Of a DNA stretch of 64,000 nt, positions 11,661 to 22,894 are shown piece by piece. The translations under genes and the position numbers were made by a program. The notes below the pieces were generated by a model that saw only the letters and a list, made by a program, of their open reading frames with translations, ran no database searches and was not told where the DNA came from. Source of the DNA: Dicyema japonicum (lineage: Eukaryota; Animalia; Dicyemida); the NCBI GenBank assembly GCA_011109175.1, contig RDEW01000007.1:91424-155423 (forward strand), written 5' to 3'. Position 1 is the first letter of the stretch. Every line of letters starts with the position of its first letter.

Positions 11661-13490
11661 TCACTCAATTAATGATCTTTCTTCTTCATTTTCTCCAACA
11701 TCTTTTATAAAATAGTGACTGTATTTCCCCAAATGGACACTTTCTGATATTGCTAGAAAACTAATACTCTAAAATAAATAATAAATAAACTATGAAAATC
11801 ACAATAACAAAGTATATGACGATTAGCAAAATGATGAGAATTTGGTAGATAATATGTCCAGTGGTGTACTGTTTGATAATATCCACGATTAAATAATTGT
11901 TGATGGCAATTATTAGAAATATTAAAAATGTATATATATTTTAGATAATCTATTTTATTTTATTTACAAACTTGGAGTTGACAAAGTCCTTTCCCATTAT
12001 GGAGGTTGAGCTTGTGAAGGCAATGACTGGTAGCAGAGCGAATGGAAGCAAAATACTCATCAACACGTTTAAAAGTCGTTGAAAATTGTCAGTTTGTCCA
12101 ACCCTTGGAATACTGCGACTACAATTGTTGGACCAATTGCAATTGTTCGTGTTACTATTAATCGCTTCCATGGCTTCCATGTGATTCCCAAAAATCCCTA
12201 ATTAGAAGATGTCTTTAAAAGGTAACACCTGCATCACGAACTGACCGGTGTATGTCCCAGTCATCGTAGAAGTCTGTCCTGCAGCCAGGATACCAATTGC
12301 CCAGATATAGTAGTCGCTATGCCATACTTGCATCCCAAGAAGATGGACTACGACATCACCTAAACTCCTAACCCCCGAAAAAATATTCATATCAGAAGCA
12401 TCAGTCATATTCTTGAAAATAATTCCATTCGAGATATTTCTGGCGACACACATGTTATACTAATCACTTTAATAGCAAAATTCAACGATTGATTGGGAAC
12501 TCTCAGATGCAGTGTAAAATGCAGATGCGAAGGTTGCCATAACGAACAAATTGATTATGAAGGAGACCAACAGGATTATACAACTTTCTGTGAAAAACAG
12601 AAAATTCGCTTCTTTGATTTTTGACTTGTCAGTTCTGTCAATTTTTCTCGTCTAAACTACTAACCCGAGTAACCTCAGTGAGAGAAGAGTGGAGGTAAAT
12701 ATTATGTGGCATTATCACAGCCCCTATAATCCCAACAGCCTGGACAAGAGCGTCGTAAGAACAGTTCTCACACATGGGGGCGAACATTCCTATCATCAAC
12801 TTCCCCTGGTCGGGGGCAGATAACACATACTGAGAAATTATATTAAATATTACAAGGTAGCCGAACATCGCAGCCATAATAAGTATTCCAAAGGCAAAGA
12901 TAAACTCCAGTTTTCTGAATCCGTAGCGATCTATCAGCAGGAAAATGAATGTGTCGAAAATTGTTATCAAAACTCCAGCAAACAAGGGAATTCTAAAATA
13001 AATTTAAATTTGATTTTTACTTTTGTTGGGAAAGAATATAAATGGCAATCGAGGTACCGATTACTTCTTGCATATCAGAGGCGACAATGGCAATTTCCAC
13101 CATAACCCAAGTTACAACGTTAGAAACACGAGGCAAACAGTTCGACAATTCTGAGATAAACTGTTACCAGTCACGACTCCGAGGCGAAGAGCAAGTCTTT
13201 GAAGCAAAATACCAAGAATTGTAGAAATTAACAAAAGCCACAGCAACTTTAAAAAAGAATAACAAATATACTTTATAACCAGCAACTGTTCCGGTTCTAA
13301 GGTCTGATTCCATGTTTCCCGGATCAAGGTATGCAATGCTCACGAGGAATCCCGGCCCAAAAAAAGCCATAAACTTTTTTAAAGTGATTCCCTAATAAAA
13401 TAATAGTATTTTTACTTTTCCTTCAGGTATTTGAATCTTTTTGACAATGTCAGCGGTATTTGATTCGTCTTTGTCCGACAAACTTTCCAT
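11661..13490 (-). CDS. NRAMP: NRAMP/SLC11 divalent metal transporter, multi-exon
   Basis: [65 protein letters not shown]. Several tiny GT-AG introns (24-28 nt where counted). Two 1-bp homopolymer indels. The exact 3' end is approximate. Confidence 0.95.
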
Positions 13491-14304
13491 TCAAAAATTT
13501 TAAATTAAAAAAATTAATTTAAATAAGGTTTGCCAATGTAAAATCAATTAATTAAATTATCATTTTAAATTTTTTAGTCATTTTTTATTTTTATAATAAA
13601 CCTAATCTGATTTTTTTCATTAATTAATTTTATTTTTGCTTAAAATTCTAAAAAATTTACTTTTATTAATGAAAACCTTGAAAACCACATTTTAATTTTT
13701 GTTAAATTATAATTAATCTTTTGATTAAATTTAGTTTAACAGTCAATTTATCACGTATTTTTTACATATTATAGTCACAAAGGTTTAGCTTTAATTTTAA
13801 TTCGTATGGCATTTAAATTATTTTTAGATAAAATGGCAAAACCAGGAGGTCCTCTGTAGATTATTTATTGCTATTGAATCGTGAGGACGATATGATATGA
13901 ATCTGGTTTCCCTCGAGAAACATAAAGTTTTAATAAAGACACCTAATATAATTTTAAGTTCATAAAAACCTGAGCCGTTTCCTTAATGTCACATGACTCA
14001 TCTACTCCGATCGAAATTGTAAAAGCTATTTTAAGGTCATCAACTTGCTTAATTTGATTTAAAAACTGTGTTTTATTCGTATGATTTTTGAATAGTTGGT
14101 GACAATTTTAGATACAGGATTTGATGTATTTACCTTCTGTGAATGGTTTTCCTATTTTTGCAATCTCATGACTCAAAAAATACGTTTTCTCTCCGTTTAT
14201 TACTTATTTTCAAAATTTTGTCACGTGGCACCAAAATTAGTGTAGTGCTTTTTTGTTTGTTACTTCTGTTCCTCCTCTTCCCTTTTGGCTCCAGGGAGCT
14301 TGAA

Positions 14305-14472
14305 TTGTTGGCATGCGTCATGTGGCTCACCATCTCTGCTGGCGCCAGATATAATCCTAAATTATATTCAAAAGGACCATTAGCCAACAACCTCAAGAGG
14401 AGTTCCCCTTGGGCGGCACTTACTTCAAGTCCTAACATGCGAAGTCTGTTGAGGGATGCCGGGATCACCTGA
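14305..14472 (+). mobile_element. ~170-bp internally deleted (RIME/NARTc-like) derivative of an Ingi-like LINE
   Basis: The 5' part matches the LINE leaders at 35812-35880 and 50491-50600. The last ~40 bp match the LINE ORF2 end (MRSLLRDAGIT*). Confidence 0.7.
14311..14386 (+). ncRNA. Candidate HDV-like ribozyme leader
   Basis: TGGCT(C)-ACC-loop-GGC-GCCA, then a 7-bp hairpin atataat/attatat, CAAAAGGACCAT and AGCCA. Same order as in family A. Manual fold. Confidence 0.5.
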
Positions 14473-14569
14473 ATTTTTTTCTAAAATATATTGATTTAGA
14501 TTCATTTTTGGATAATTTAAAATAATTAAAGTTTAGAAATTAGAAGTTCGGGAGTTTTAAAGGCTAACT

Positions 14570-15340
14570 TTTTCCTCCGAAAATTACTATCGAGATACGT
14601 TCTCGAAGCCATCCAGTCTACGTTGATCCTTAGTGACCATTTGGATCATTGAGCCGACCGACTAGATTGTCAGCTTGTGGACCAAGGATTCCGACGTCTC
14701 GACAACAAGACCAAGATGTAGAAGGCGGCTATTCTACTGCCTCGTCGTACAGAGGATATGCGTTCACCAGGAACCTGCTGAATGGCAGTTAGCTGTTTTG
14801 AGGGACACAAGTCTTCTTGCATTCCTAGTACTCTCAACATTCTCCCTTTTTTCGAAGACACGTCCGAATACGCCTTTTGATTTCGAACATTAAGGTACAG
14901 GTCTTTCCACTAGTCCACAGCTCCCGGTGGTTTCATATATACATTCAGTCCGGAATAAGAGTTGAGAACCGTATCCATCAATTTCTTCGATGAGCTTTAA
15001 GAGGACAAATATACACTTAATGCGGCATCTGAAAATACTGTAATTCCCAATCCTCCAAAAAACAGTTTCGTGAAGCTATCCATAGTCATTACAATATATA
15101 CTTATAGCTTCAAGGGTTGATCATCAAGGAGAGATAGGAGTTCCTTTTCATTATGACAAGGCAATTCGATAGTTAACAAGCAGTTTAGGAAACAGGGGAC
15201 AGTTTTTTTTAGATCAAGAGAAAATAATATATCCGCAAACATTCTCAGAATATCCTTTTTGTCGCTTAAAGACTCCCTTATTCGATTTTCTCTATTCCAC
15301 GTCTAATAATTCAAGAGATCATAGACTCTATGCTTCCATA
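14570..15340 (-). mobile_element. Degenerate CRE-like retrotransposon fragment
   Basis: FPKLL, GGLGITVFSDAALSVYLSS, and ...GILGPQA...WLRERISIVIFR, across frameshifts. Confidence 0.6.
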
Positions 15341-15950
15341 TAATTTATCTCGTTTCTATATTTATTGTTTTTTTCAGAACAGCAGCTATTTTGTCCGCGC
15401 AACTCAATAGATTTTCATTTCTTCCTTGCATGCTGCTATTGAGAACATTGAGTTCATGAAAAATATCGGCGAATATGCTAATTTTACAACACCAACAATT
15501 ATCATTGAGGCATTCAATAAAGTCATCCAACTTCCCTTGTATACAAAAAGCCAACAATTCGTGGCTTAGCTCATATAAACGAATTAACACGTTTCCCTTT
15601 GAGAGCCATCTTACTTCAGTGTGCAAAATCATAACTGAATGTTCTGCATTTGCGACTCAATCAGGTGATATTTTAAAAAATACAAAGCCTTTTTCTTTCC
15701 AACGAAACCTGTGAAAAAAACGCAGTTTCCGTGAACTACATAACTTAGTGTATAACAGACAACAAAATATTACCCATCGATGAATTTTTGTATTCAAACA
15801 TACGCAATATAAACAACGCCAATTCAGCCAGTGAGAACATGGAATCCACGTGCAGGGGGTATCTTTTGAACTCATATTAGTCGCATAAAGTCCTGTTTTT
15901 CTGACGACATGAAAATAATATTGCACATCTACCAAAATAAACTTCTCGAC
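15340..15950 (-). mobile_element. hAT (Buster/ZBED5-like) transposase fragment
   Basis: LHTEVRWLSKGNVLIRLYEL...ADIFHELNVLNSSMQG is the characteristic Buster-type segment. Confidence 0.85.
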
Positions 15951-16491
15951 GAAGTGAAGGGATTCCGAATATGGAAGATGATGTCGGAGAGAAGGTCCAA
16001 TTTATTTGAACCTAGATTACTTTCCATTCCAGTCAATCTGTGAGAGACCGGTTCCTGAAGGAAATCTTGCCGCGGATACATTCATACAATATCCCAACAG
16101 ATTGGCGGATATATTTTTCTCCCACGAACCGCCGATCTCAGTCTCTTGTTGAAACTAGTCCCAGCTCAGTCCCAACTTTTGTGATGTCGGATGGCGACGA
16201 ATGTTGGATCATTTAATGATTCCCTAGTCTATAGCGTCGTGTTCTCTGGAGATGAGTCAGATTCTACAGCAGAGTCGTCAATTCATACATTGAATAATCC
16301 TGAAGAGGTTGACTTAATTCAAAGCAGTCTATTATTAGGAAGATGGTAGTAAAGAAATGTACAGAATACGGGGGAATGTTGAGGTTATTTGGAATAATGA
16401 GTGTAGATTATTTCTCGGTACTTTAGTATTACTGAGGAAAGTGTTATGAATGCACTTATTTTTTTTTATTTTAAGGCTCTATAAATTTAAA

Positions 16492-18674
16492 GCTCTCCTT
16501 GAAGAAATACTACATTGGTAGGAAGAACCTGAGTCTAAGCAAGACGCTACCACCTTACCATACCCATGTATATATGACTGAGAAGCTCTGGTCTCAGCCG
16601 CTGCTGGTGACAACTACCAAAAACATATAGAGAACCACCTATATACATTACCAGCTAATATGACTATACAAGACCTATGGGATCAGACCAAAAGCATTAT
16701 TTGCCTTGCCGCAAACACCCACCTTGGAGTGAGACGGCAGACAACCGGAAATAAGTCACTTGGCCATCCAGACTCCTTATTACTGGCAAAACAACAACGA
16801 GAAATATGGATACAGAGTCTAAACACGACGGATATACATATCAAAAACAAACTACGAACTGAACGAAATATTATCAAGAGAAGAATCATGAAGCTTAATA
16901 ATGAACACTCGAAGGATGTCTTCCTATCACATCTTAGAGAGCTGGAGCAACTAAAGGACAATGCACAAATGTTCGCTGCAGTCCGACTAATGCGAGGAAA
17001 GAAAAAAGCGACAGTACATGTTATGGATGGGAAGGGGAAACTTATCTTAAAACCAGACGAACAGATCGAATTGATTGCTGCCCATTTTGAAAAACTGTTC
17101 AATGCGAACGGCCAAGAACTGGCCCCTTTCATCGGAGAACCGCGGATGCTGGAAACAATTATCACATCTAAGGAAGTTCAGAGTGCGTGCAGTAAGCTAA
17201 AGAATCACAGGAGCGCTGGACCAGACAACATCCCTCCCGAACTGCTGAAATATGGACCTATGCGTCTATTCGAAACCATTGCGACATTGTTAAATGGAAT
17301 GTTTACATCCAACTCTGTCCTACCACTGGGGAAAGGGACATTGATACCTATACAAAAGCCTAACAAACCAAAGGGACCACTAGAAAGCCTACGCCCAGTC
17401 ATATTGTTAAACACATTACGAAAAGTTCTTGCATCTGTTGCTTTGGACCGCTTAAAACATCCTGCAGGAAATTACCTATCAGCATGCCATAGTGGATTTC
17501 GTGAAGGAAGGTCGACAGCGGACATTCTGTGGAGCCACAGGTGGCGGTGTGCAACGGCTCAAAGATACAAAAATGCCACGACCATCCTGGGGATCGATAT
17601 GTCAAGAGCTTTCGACACCATTAGCCGACACAAGCTAATGGTTGTCCTTCATCAATTTGTGGACCAATCATTGCTACGGATAATCAGAGTACTTCTCTCA
17701 AGTACTGAACTGTCAGTCCGAATTGGGAGAACTCTATCCCGACCATTCAAAACTACAATCGGCACTCCTCAGGGAGACTCCCTCTCCCCCTTACTATTTG
17801 TGATATATCTCGAAGCTGCACTAAAGGATCTAAGAACTTGCTATGAAGGAAAAATAAACGAAGTCGTATACGCGGATGATGTGGATTTTATATCCGAGGA
17901 TACAGAAGCTCTCACACATCTGCTGGAAAATGCACCGGACAAACTGGGGGAATGGTTCCTCATCGTTAACCGGGCCAAAACGGAAATCACGGAAATCAAA
18001 AGAATGGACAACATCCTTAATGAACGTTGGCGACATGTTAATAAGCTTGGATCCCTACTGGGGGACACAGAAGACATCATCAAAAGGAAAACACTTGCAG
18101 GAGTAGCAATGCGAAAACTCAAAAAGGGATGGCTGAAAGGACTAGATGTCAATCTGCGGATACGCATGTACAATGCATTTGTGAAACCGATACTGACATA
18201 CAATGCTGGTACTTGGGCCTGTACAGGTGCGGAATCAATGGCTCTCGATGGGTTCCACAGAAAACAGCTTAGAGTATTATTTGGCATGCAGTGGCCAGCC
18301 AGAATCTCGAATACCGGTATTTAAAAAAAATGCAAGAGTAGGCCTCTAAGCCTGGAAATCACTGACGCCCGGTGGAGACTGTTTGGTCACGTACTACGCA
18401 TGGATCTTGCTGCCCCGGCTAATGTGGCGATGGAGGACCATTTCATGTTCGAGGGCAAATGCTTCCGTGGCAGACCAAGGATGACCCTACCTATCATGCT
18501 GCACAAAGACCTCCAAAGGATGAAGAAATGCCTAAAGACGGGAGACGATCTGGACATGCTGAGATCGACTGCGTGCAACCGTGGAGGATGGAAGAGGCTA
18601 ACTAATAACATTGTTTCTTGTATTGCACATGCTTTGCTATAACTATTATGGCAAGGCGATAAGTGCTGTAATAA
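16492..18674 (+). mobile_element. Young 5'-truncated RTE-like LINE
   Basis: Long RT ORF, a TAATAAT tail, and an exact 12-bp TSD tataaatttaaa (16480-16491, 18675-18686). Confidence 0.95.
16660..18324 (+). CDS. RTE-like reverse transcriptase (554 aa; continues in another frame to 18642)
   Basis: SAGPDNIP, GFREGRST, DMSRAFDTI, GTPQGDSLSPLLF, YADD, YNAFVKPILTYN. The break falls at an A-run near 18323. Confidence 0.93.
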   Translation: MTIQDLWDQTKSIICLAANTHLGVRRQTTGNKSLGHPDSLLLAKQQREIWIQSLNTTDIHIKNKLRTERNIIKRRIMKLNNEHSKDVFLSHLRELEQLKDNAQMFAAVRLMRGKKKATVHVMDGKGKLILKPDEQIELIAAHFEKLFNANGQELAPFIGEPRMLETIITSKEVQSACSKLKNHRSAGPDNIPPELLKYGPMRLFETIATLLNGMFTSNSVLPLGKGTLIPIQKPNKPKGPLESLRPVILLNTLRKVLASVALDRLKHPAGNYLSACHSGFREGRSTADILWSHRWRCATAQRYKNATTILGIDMSRAFDTISRHKLMVVLHQFVDQSLLRIIRVLLSSTELSVRIGRTLSRPFKTTIGTPQGDSLSPLLFVIYLEAALKDLRTCYEGKINEVVYADDVDFISEDTEALTHLLENAPDKLGEWFLIVNRAKTEITEIKRMDNILNERWRHVNKLGSLLGDTEDIIKRKTLAGVAMRKLKKGWLKGLDVNLRIRMYNAFVKPILTYNAGTWACTGAESMALDGFHRKQLRVLFGMQWPARISNTGI

Positions 18675-19329
18675 TATAAATTTAAACAATAGAAGTTTGT
18701 GAAATATATTTTGCACTTATTTGTGAAAATATTTTTTTAAAAACTTTTCAAATTTTGCTCGCAAATAAATTAATTTGATTAAAAAATTGACGTGCTGTTG
18801 GCGAAGTCAGGTCTGTTGGGAGTCTATTCCGAAGACTTGCTTCAAGAATTTCGTGCTGGCGTGTCATCGATGATCTGTCTTCCGAATCGAAACCTGCACA
18901 ACTCGGAGTGGACGTCCGCGGCGGGTGCGAATCGGCCAATTGTTGGTATTTGGACGATGCTTTGATTGAGTCGGTTATGAAAAGTCTTGGATACTTCTTG
19001 CCATTATAAACAGTTATGGACTCGAGATTTATGCGACTAAACCTGAGATTTGTAATCTGGGACTCTCGCAAGATGAATTTTTTAAATCACGATGAGGATC
19101 ATGTCTCCCCCGATGCTGTTATTACCGACGTGGAACATATTGTATTGGGCTCCCCCATTTCATGGGTGTTATCTCTCATATTCTTAATATAAAGCTTTCG
19201 GAGATTAGTCAGCCACAGTTAATCTGCATTATCTTGATCCTCGTACTGCGTTTTTTAATTAAATTAAAAAATTAATTCCAAAGACCACTGTTAAACAGAA
19301 AAAAACTAACTTTTCTTTTAAGAATTATC

Positions 19330-20240
19330 TTTTCCTTCCAAGGTTAATGCTTTTGGCACGTTCCTCTCCTTGCTACCTCTTTCCGAAAAGCCTAGAGAAT
19401 TTCAACATTGTTATCTCCAAGTCTATTAAGAAATTGTGAATATAAATTTTGATAACATTAAATTGAAGCAACCATCCGTTACATTTGGGGGCATCGGTCT
19501 AACTTCTGTTGTGGACGTTTCTTTACCATCCCTCATGTCCTTTTTATCGAGTAACACGGTTCTCATCCAACCATTCTTTCAGATTTCTGAAAGTCCGCAT
19601 TGGATGACAAATTTTCTGATGGTGAAGAGCTGGTCGGTGGCTTCGGAAAAACCCTTCTAGATACACACCAACTGAGGAACTGGATTAACATTTTGTAAAA
19701 AAAGTACTCATTTGATTCTTATGGAAACGGAAGACTTGCACGTAGGGCTTGCATTCTGGCAGTCTTTTCCCTCACAGCGGTGCTTGGCTGAACACGTTTC
19801 CATCATCGTCAATTGGCTCCCATCTGGAACAGGACTACTCCGGAATTGGATATCGTTCCGTCTCGGGATCGACCTGTGCCAGCCTCATCCATGCCGTTGT
19901 GGATCTGTTGTAGACTGCAAATAACTTCAACCGCTCTCTTGCCGTCTCAGCAGAGGCCGGTTCCCCCCGAGGTATGCCGGCATCAACGGGGTTGTGAAGT
20001 GGCTGGATTCCCGTCGTCTCTGGAACCGGTGGTCCTGATCGTGGAGATGGAAAGTGCCCAGATTTGGTAACTGTCTTCCCTTCTCTCGGAGAAATGCTTG
20101 ATTTGAAATGGAGCCTGTACTGACAACTTTTCCCAGTCGAGACCTGCTGGTACCGCGTTGAAAGCTGGGAGGCTGCACGGACTTTAAAGAATTTCAAGAT
20201 ACCCTCTCCGCAAGATTCTATGTACAACCCGTTGTTGTCA
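19330..20240 (+). mobile_element. Degenerate CRE-like retrotransposon, 3' part
   Basis: GGIGL, RLGIDLCQPHPCRCG (zinc finger), DRGDGKCPD (RLE). Confidence 0.8.
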
Positions 20241-20370
20241 ATACGATTAATTATTAGTTGTGACTGTACTCCTTCCTTGGATTAATTAGTTGTGACTGGG
20301 CTTACCAAAGATTGAATGCCTGGAGTTAATAAATAAGGGCACTCTCAGTTTCGAATGATTCAAATACTTT

Positions 20371-20442
20371 GCCTCGTCATCTTAGTGGTTGAGATGTCAT
20401 TCTATAACAATGGTTAAGGGTTCAATCCCCCACTAATTACTT
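20371..20442 (+). pseudogene. Degenerate tRNA-like sequence (closest to tRNA-Asp; pseudogene or SINE head)
   Basis: D-arm CATCT-TAGTGGTTG-AGATG, anticodon arm TCATT-CTATAAC-AATGG, T-arm GGG-TTCAATC-CCC. The acceptor stem does not pair. Confidence 0.45.
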
Positions 20443-20459
20443 GGTCGAATCAGTGTTGT

Positions 20460-20565
20460 TTTTTATTATTTATTAACAACCCAAGTCCACGGTAAAGCCA
20501 AACTAATTATCACGTGATCCCGATGAATTCCAACAGCGACCTAATCTTTGCAATGTGTTCTTTCC
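20460..20565 (-). mobile_element. 3'-terminal fragment of an Ingi-like LINE
   Basis: KIRSLLEFIGIT*, 3' stem-loop and A-rich tail. Confidence 0.6.
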
Positions 20566-21530
20566 TTGTGCCGCCTCTTCGATATACGCCCTCTTTGTAG
20601 AAAACGGTCCCTATTACCTCGACCCAGATAATAATGAGTGTAACCACATGTTTTTACCATTCCTAGTGAAAATCAGACCTATTGCGTGGACGAATGAGTT
20701 CAACGTTATTTATATTGACAATCCTGTAATGAATCGACTTTTTTAAGGTTGGATCGGGGTTCAGCTTTTCGACCTCTCCCGGTGGGTGCTATTTGAGTGA
20801 CGAAGACACGGTTGGCTTTTACCTGTCGAGGTAAGCTCGTTTTGTCATACTAGGACAATGGAACAGTTTTATCAGATGTTCCCAGACTTTGAGGCCCAAC
20901 GAATTGTTCATCACTGGGGATTCGTATGCTGGAAAATATATCCCAGCCATGGTGAACGCTATCGACCAATATAACAGAAATAACCCAACTTCATTAAATT
21001 TGGTGAAGATGGCCATTGGGGACGGTCTACACGTATAATGTAAATTTTGAGAGATTTCATGGAAGATGATGAATTTGGAGACATATTTGAATAAAATAGG
21101 ACATATTTTCGATAATCGGATAGCCTGTTTTGACGAATTTAACAGGTTAGGCCGGGAAAGCATCAAAGCTGGTGATTTCTACAAAGGAAGTTATGTATCA
21201 CCGTTATATTACGTTTATAAGTATTTGACCAAATATTTGAGCTCTTCCAGAACCTCACGGGATTGACCGACGTGTATGACTACTATGCGGAGAGAGTAGG
21301 GCTACTATGATTTTAGGAACTTCTCTATGTGAATTACATTGAATTCGTCCAGAATAACTCCAAGAGGCTCAATGCGGGGAATCTCCCATTTTATGACTAT
21401 TCTCCTCCGGAAAATTTGGCTCTCTATGCTGATATGGCCAAATCAGTATCTCCCATCATTTGAAGACTTATCAATGCCGGATATAAGGTGAAAAATGCTT
21501 ATTGACTTTGAAGTAATTCTCCAATCTGGA
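20565..21530 (+). pseudogene. CPVL: Partial serine carboxypeptidase (S10 family, CPVL/vitellogenic-like)
   Basis: ASSIYALFVENGP, WTNEFNVIYIDNP-VGSGFSF, LFITGDSYAGKYIP, AIGDG, DMAKSV..GYKV, with tiny introns. The N- and C-termini are replaced by LINE sequence, and frameshifts are present. Confidence 0.8.
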
Positions 21531-22330
21531 TTCTTCCTCGTCGTCCAGTTGAGAAATTTTTCAGCCATAGATGTTGGCTGTAAATTTGAATTAAAGATTT
21601 TTTTGTAAGGAGTGTCCTCGAAATAGAGTTGAAGGCTTTCTGTATATTTAAACACCAGAGCCGTCTGTAAGTGGCTCTTCACGTTGAATCCGTCTGTGAT
21701 GTACTGGGAGACAGATCCAAAACGAGTCGTTGTAGAACGGCTTGCTTTGAGTCATGATGGTAGAACAGAAGAGATTAACATTAATACCAGCTTCTCCAAC
21801 ACTTTTTGACAAGACGCAAGTTAGGCAGTAGGAGAATAGATTATCTTTTGGTTTTCCAAACATGAGAATTGGTGTAATCAGGAATTCTTAACATATTTGG
21901 TAGGGAATTGATAGAATTGTTATATAACCTCGATAACACGATCAATGCCTGTGCCCCTATGTGCTTAAGTGAATAGCACAGACACTGCCAGGGTCACAGG
22001 TAAGACGTATCAATTTAAGAGACCTGTTAAAGTCATGGGGAGTGAAGAAAATAGTATATTGTTTCAGTGGACCACATCGTTTGACATGCGGAGAACGATA
22101 GAAATTCTTGCGACTGACCGACACATAATATTTTATAAGATTTTTTCATAAGGTTGCAAGTTTACGTGCAAGTTCATAGGTACTAGAAGTAACGGCTTCC
22201 ACACCGTTTCCATCCTCGTTGATAAGACTGTTGATCCTTCTTAGCGTTTTCTAGAAGGTGCCACATAAGTTTTTGTGGCATAGTCGTCAAATAAAATAGC
22301 TCTACATGTGCCCTTGGTTAACTTAGATTA
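21530..22330 (-). mobile_element. Ingi-like LINE RT fragment, related to 30125-31740
   Basis: Nucleotide similarity to 31080-31520. LRQDHDSKQAVLQRLVLDLSP-type RT segment. Confidence 0.75.
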
Positions 22331-22894
22331 GTTGGAATATTCTGGAGCATAGCCCAGCCGCCAAGGAGTATTAATGTTTCCATTATTAATTAGTTAAGTA
22401 ACCCCTTGATAATGCAGGATGTCATAAAACTATTGAATATTGAATTTTTTTGCCTAAAAATACGAACCCTATACACAGCCATTAGATATAATAGGTTCCT
22501 TCTTCAAAAATAAAATTTACAGCTATTTTCGTTAAACGACCACCTTCTCGTCTTGAGATGTTTAGCTCCTCTTTCAATTCCTTTATTTTTTTTAATTTTT
22601 CCTTGGTTTCTCTTGAAATTTGCACAAGACGCATTTCTGCACGATAATTTAATTAAATAATTTTATAGACATTTTCTTTTTGTGAATTCCAATGGTTTTT
22701 AAATATTCTTAATACAGTTTACCCTTTGTTGCTTGCCACGTTTTAGTATTAAAAAATTAAAATTTATTATAATTATTTTTTAATGACAATTATTTAAAGA
22801 ATATTTTTTCATATGAAAATTTTGATTTAAATATGCTTAAAAGTTTAATAAAAATTTTAAAAAATATAGAAAATCGATCATGCAAATAAACACT

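Noticed and set aside
5612-13137. RGS and NRAMP as pseudogenes
   Set aside because: Each frameshift is a one-base shortfall in a homopolymer (5612-5617, 12071-12074, 13135-13137) in otherwise conserved genes. Sequencing error is more likely.
16683-18287. Long antisense ORFs over RT regions (also 44108-44893, 35532-35843, 63463-63711)
   Set aside because: They are shadows of the sense RT/APE frames, with no independent motifs.
18748-19071. 107-aa ORF as a host gene or CRE N-terminus
   Set aside because: No recognisable motif in any frame, so it is left unassigned.
20245-20298. Short direct repeat attagttgtgactg after a CRE fragment
   Set aside because: Too short and isolated to define an element. 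Probably a local duplication.
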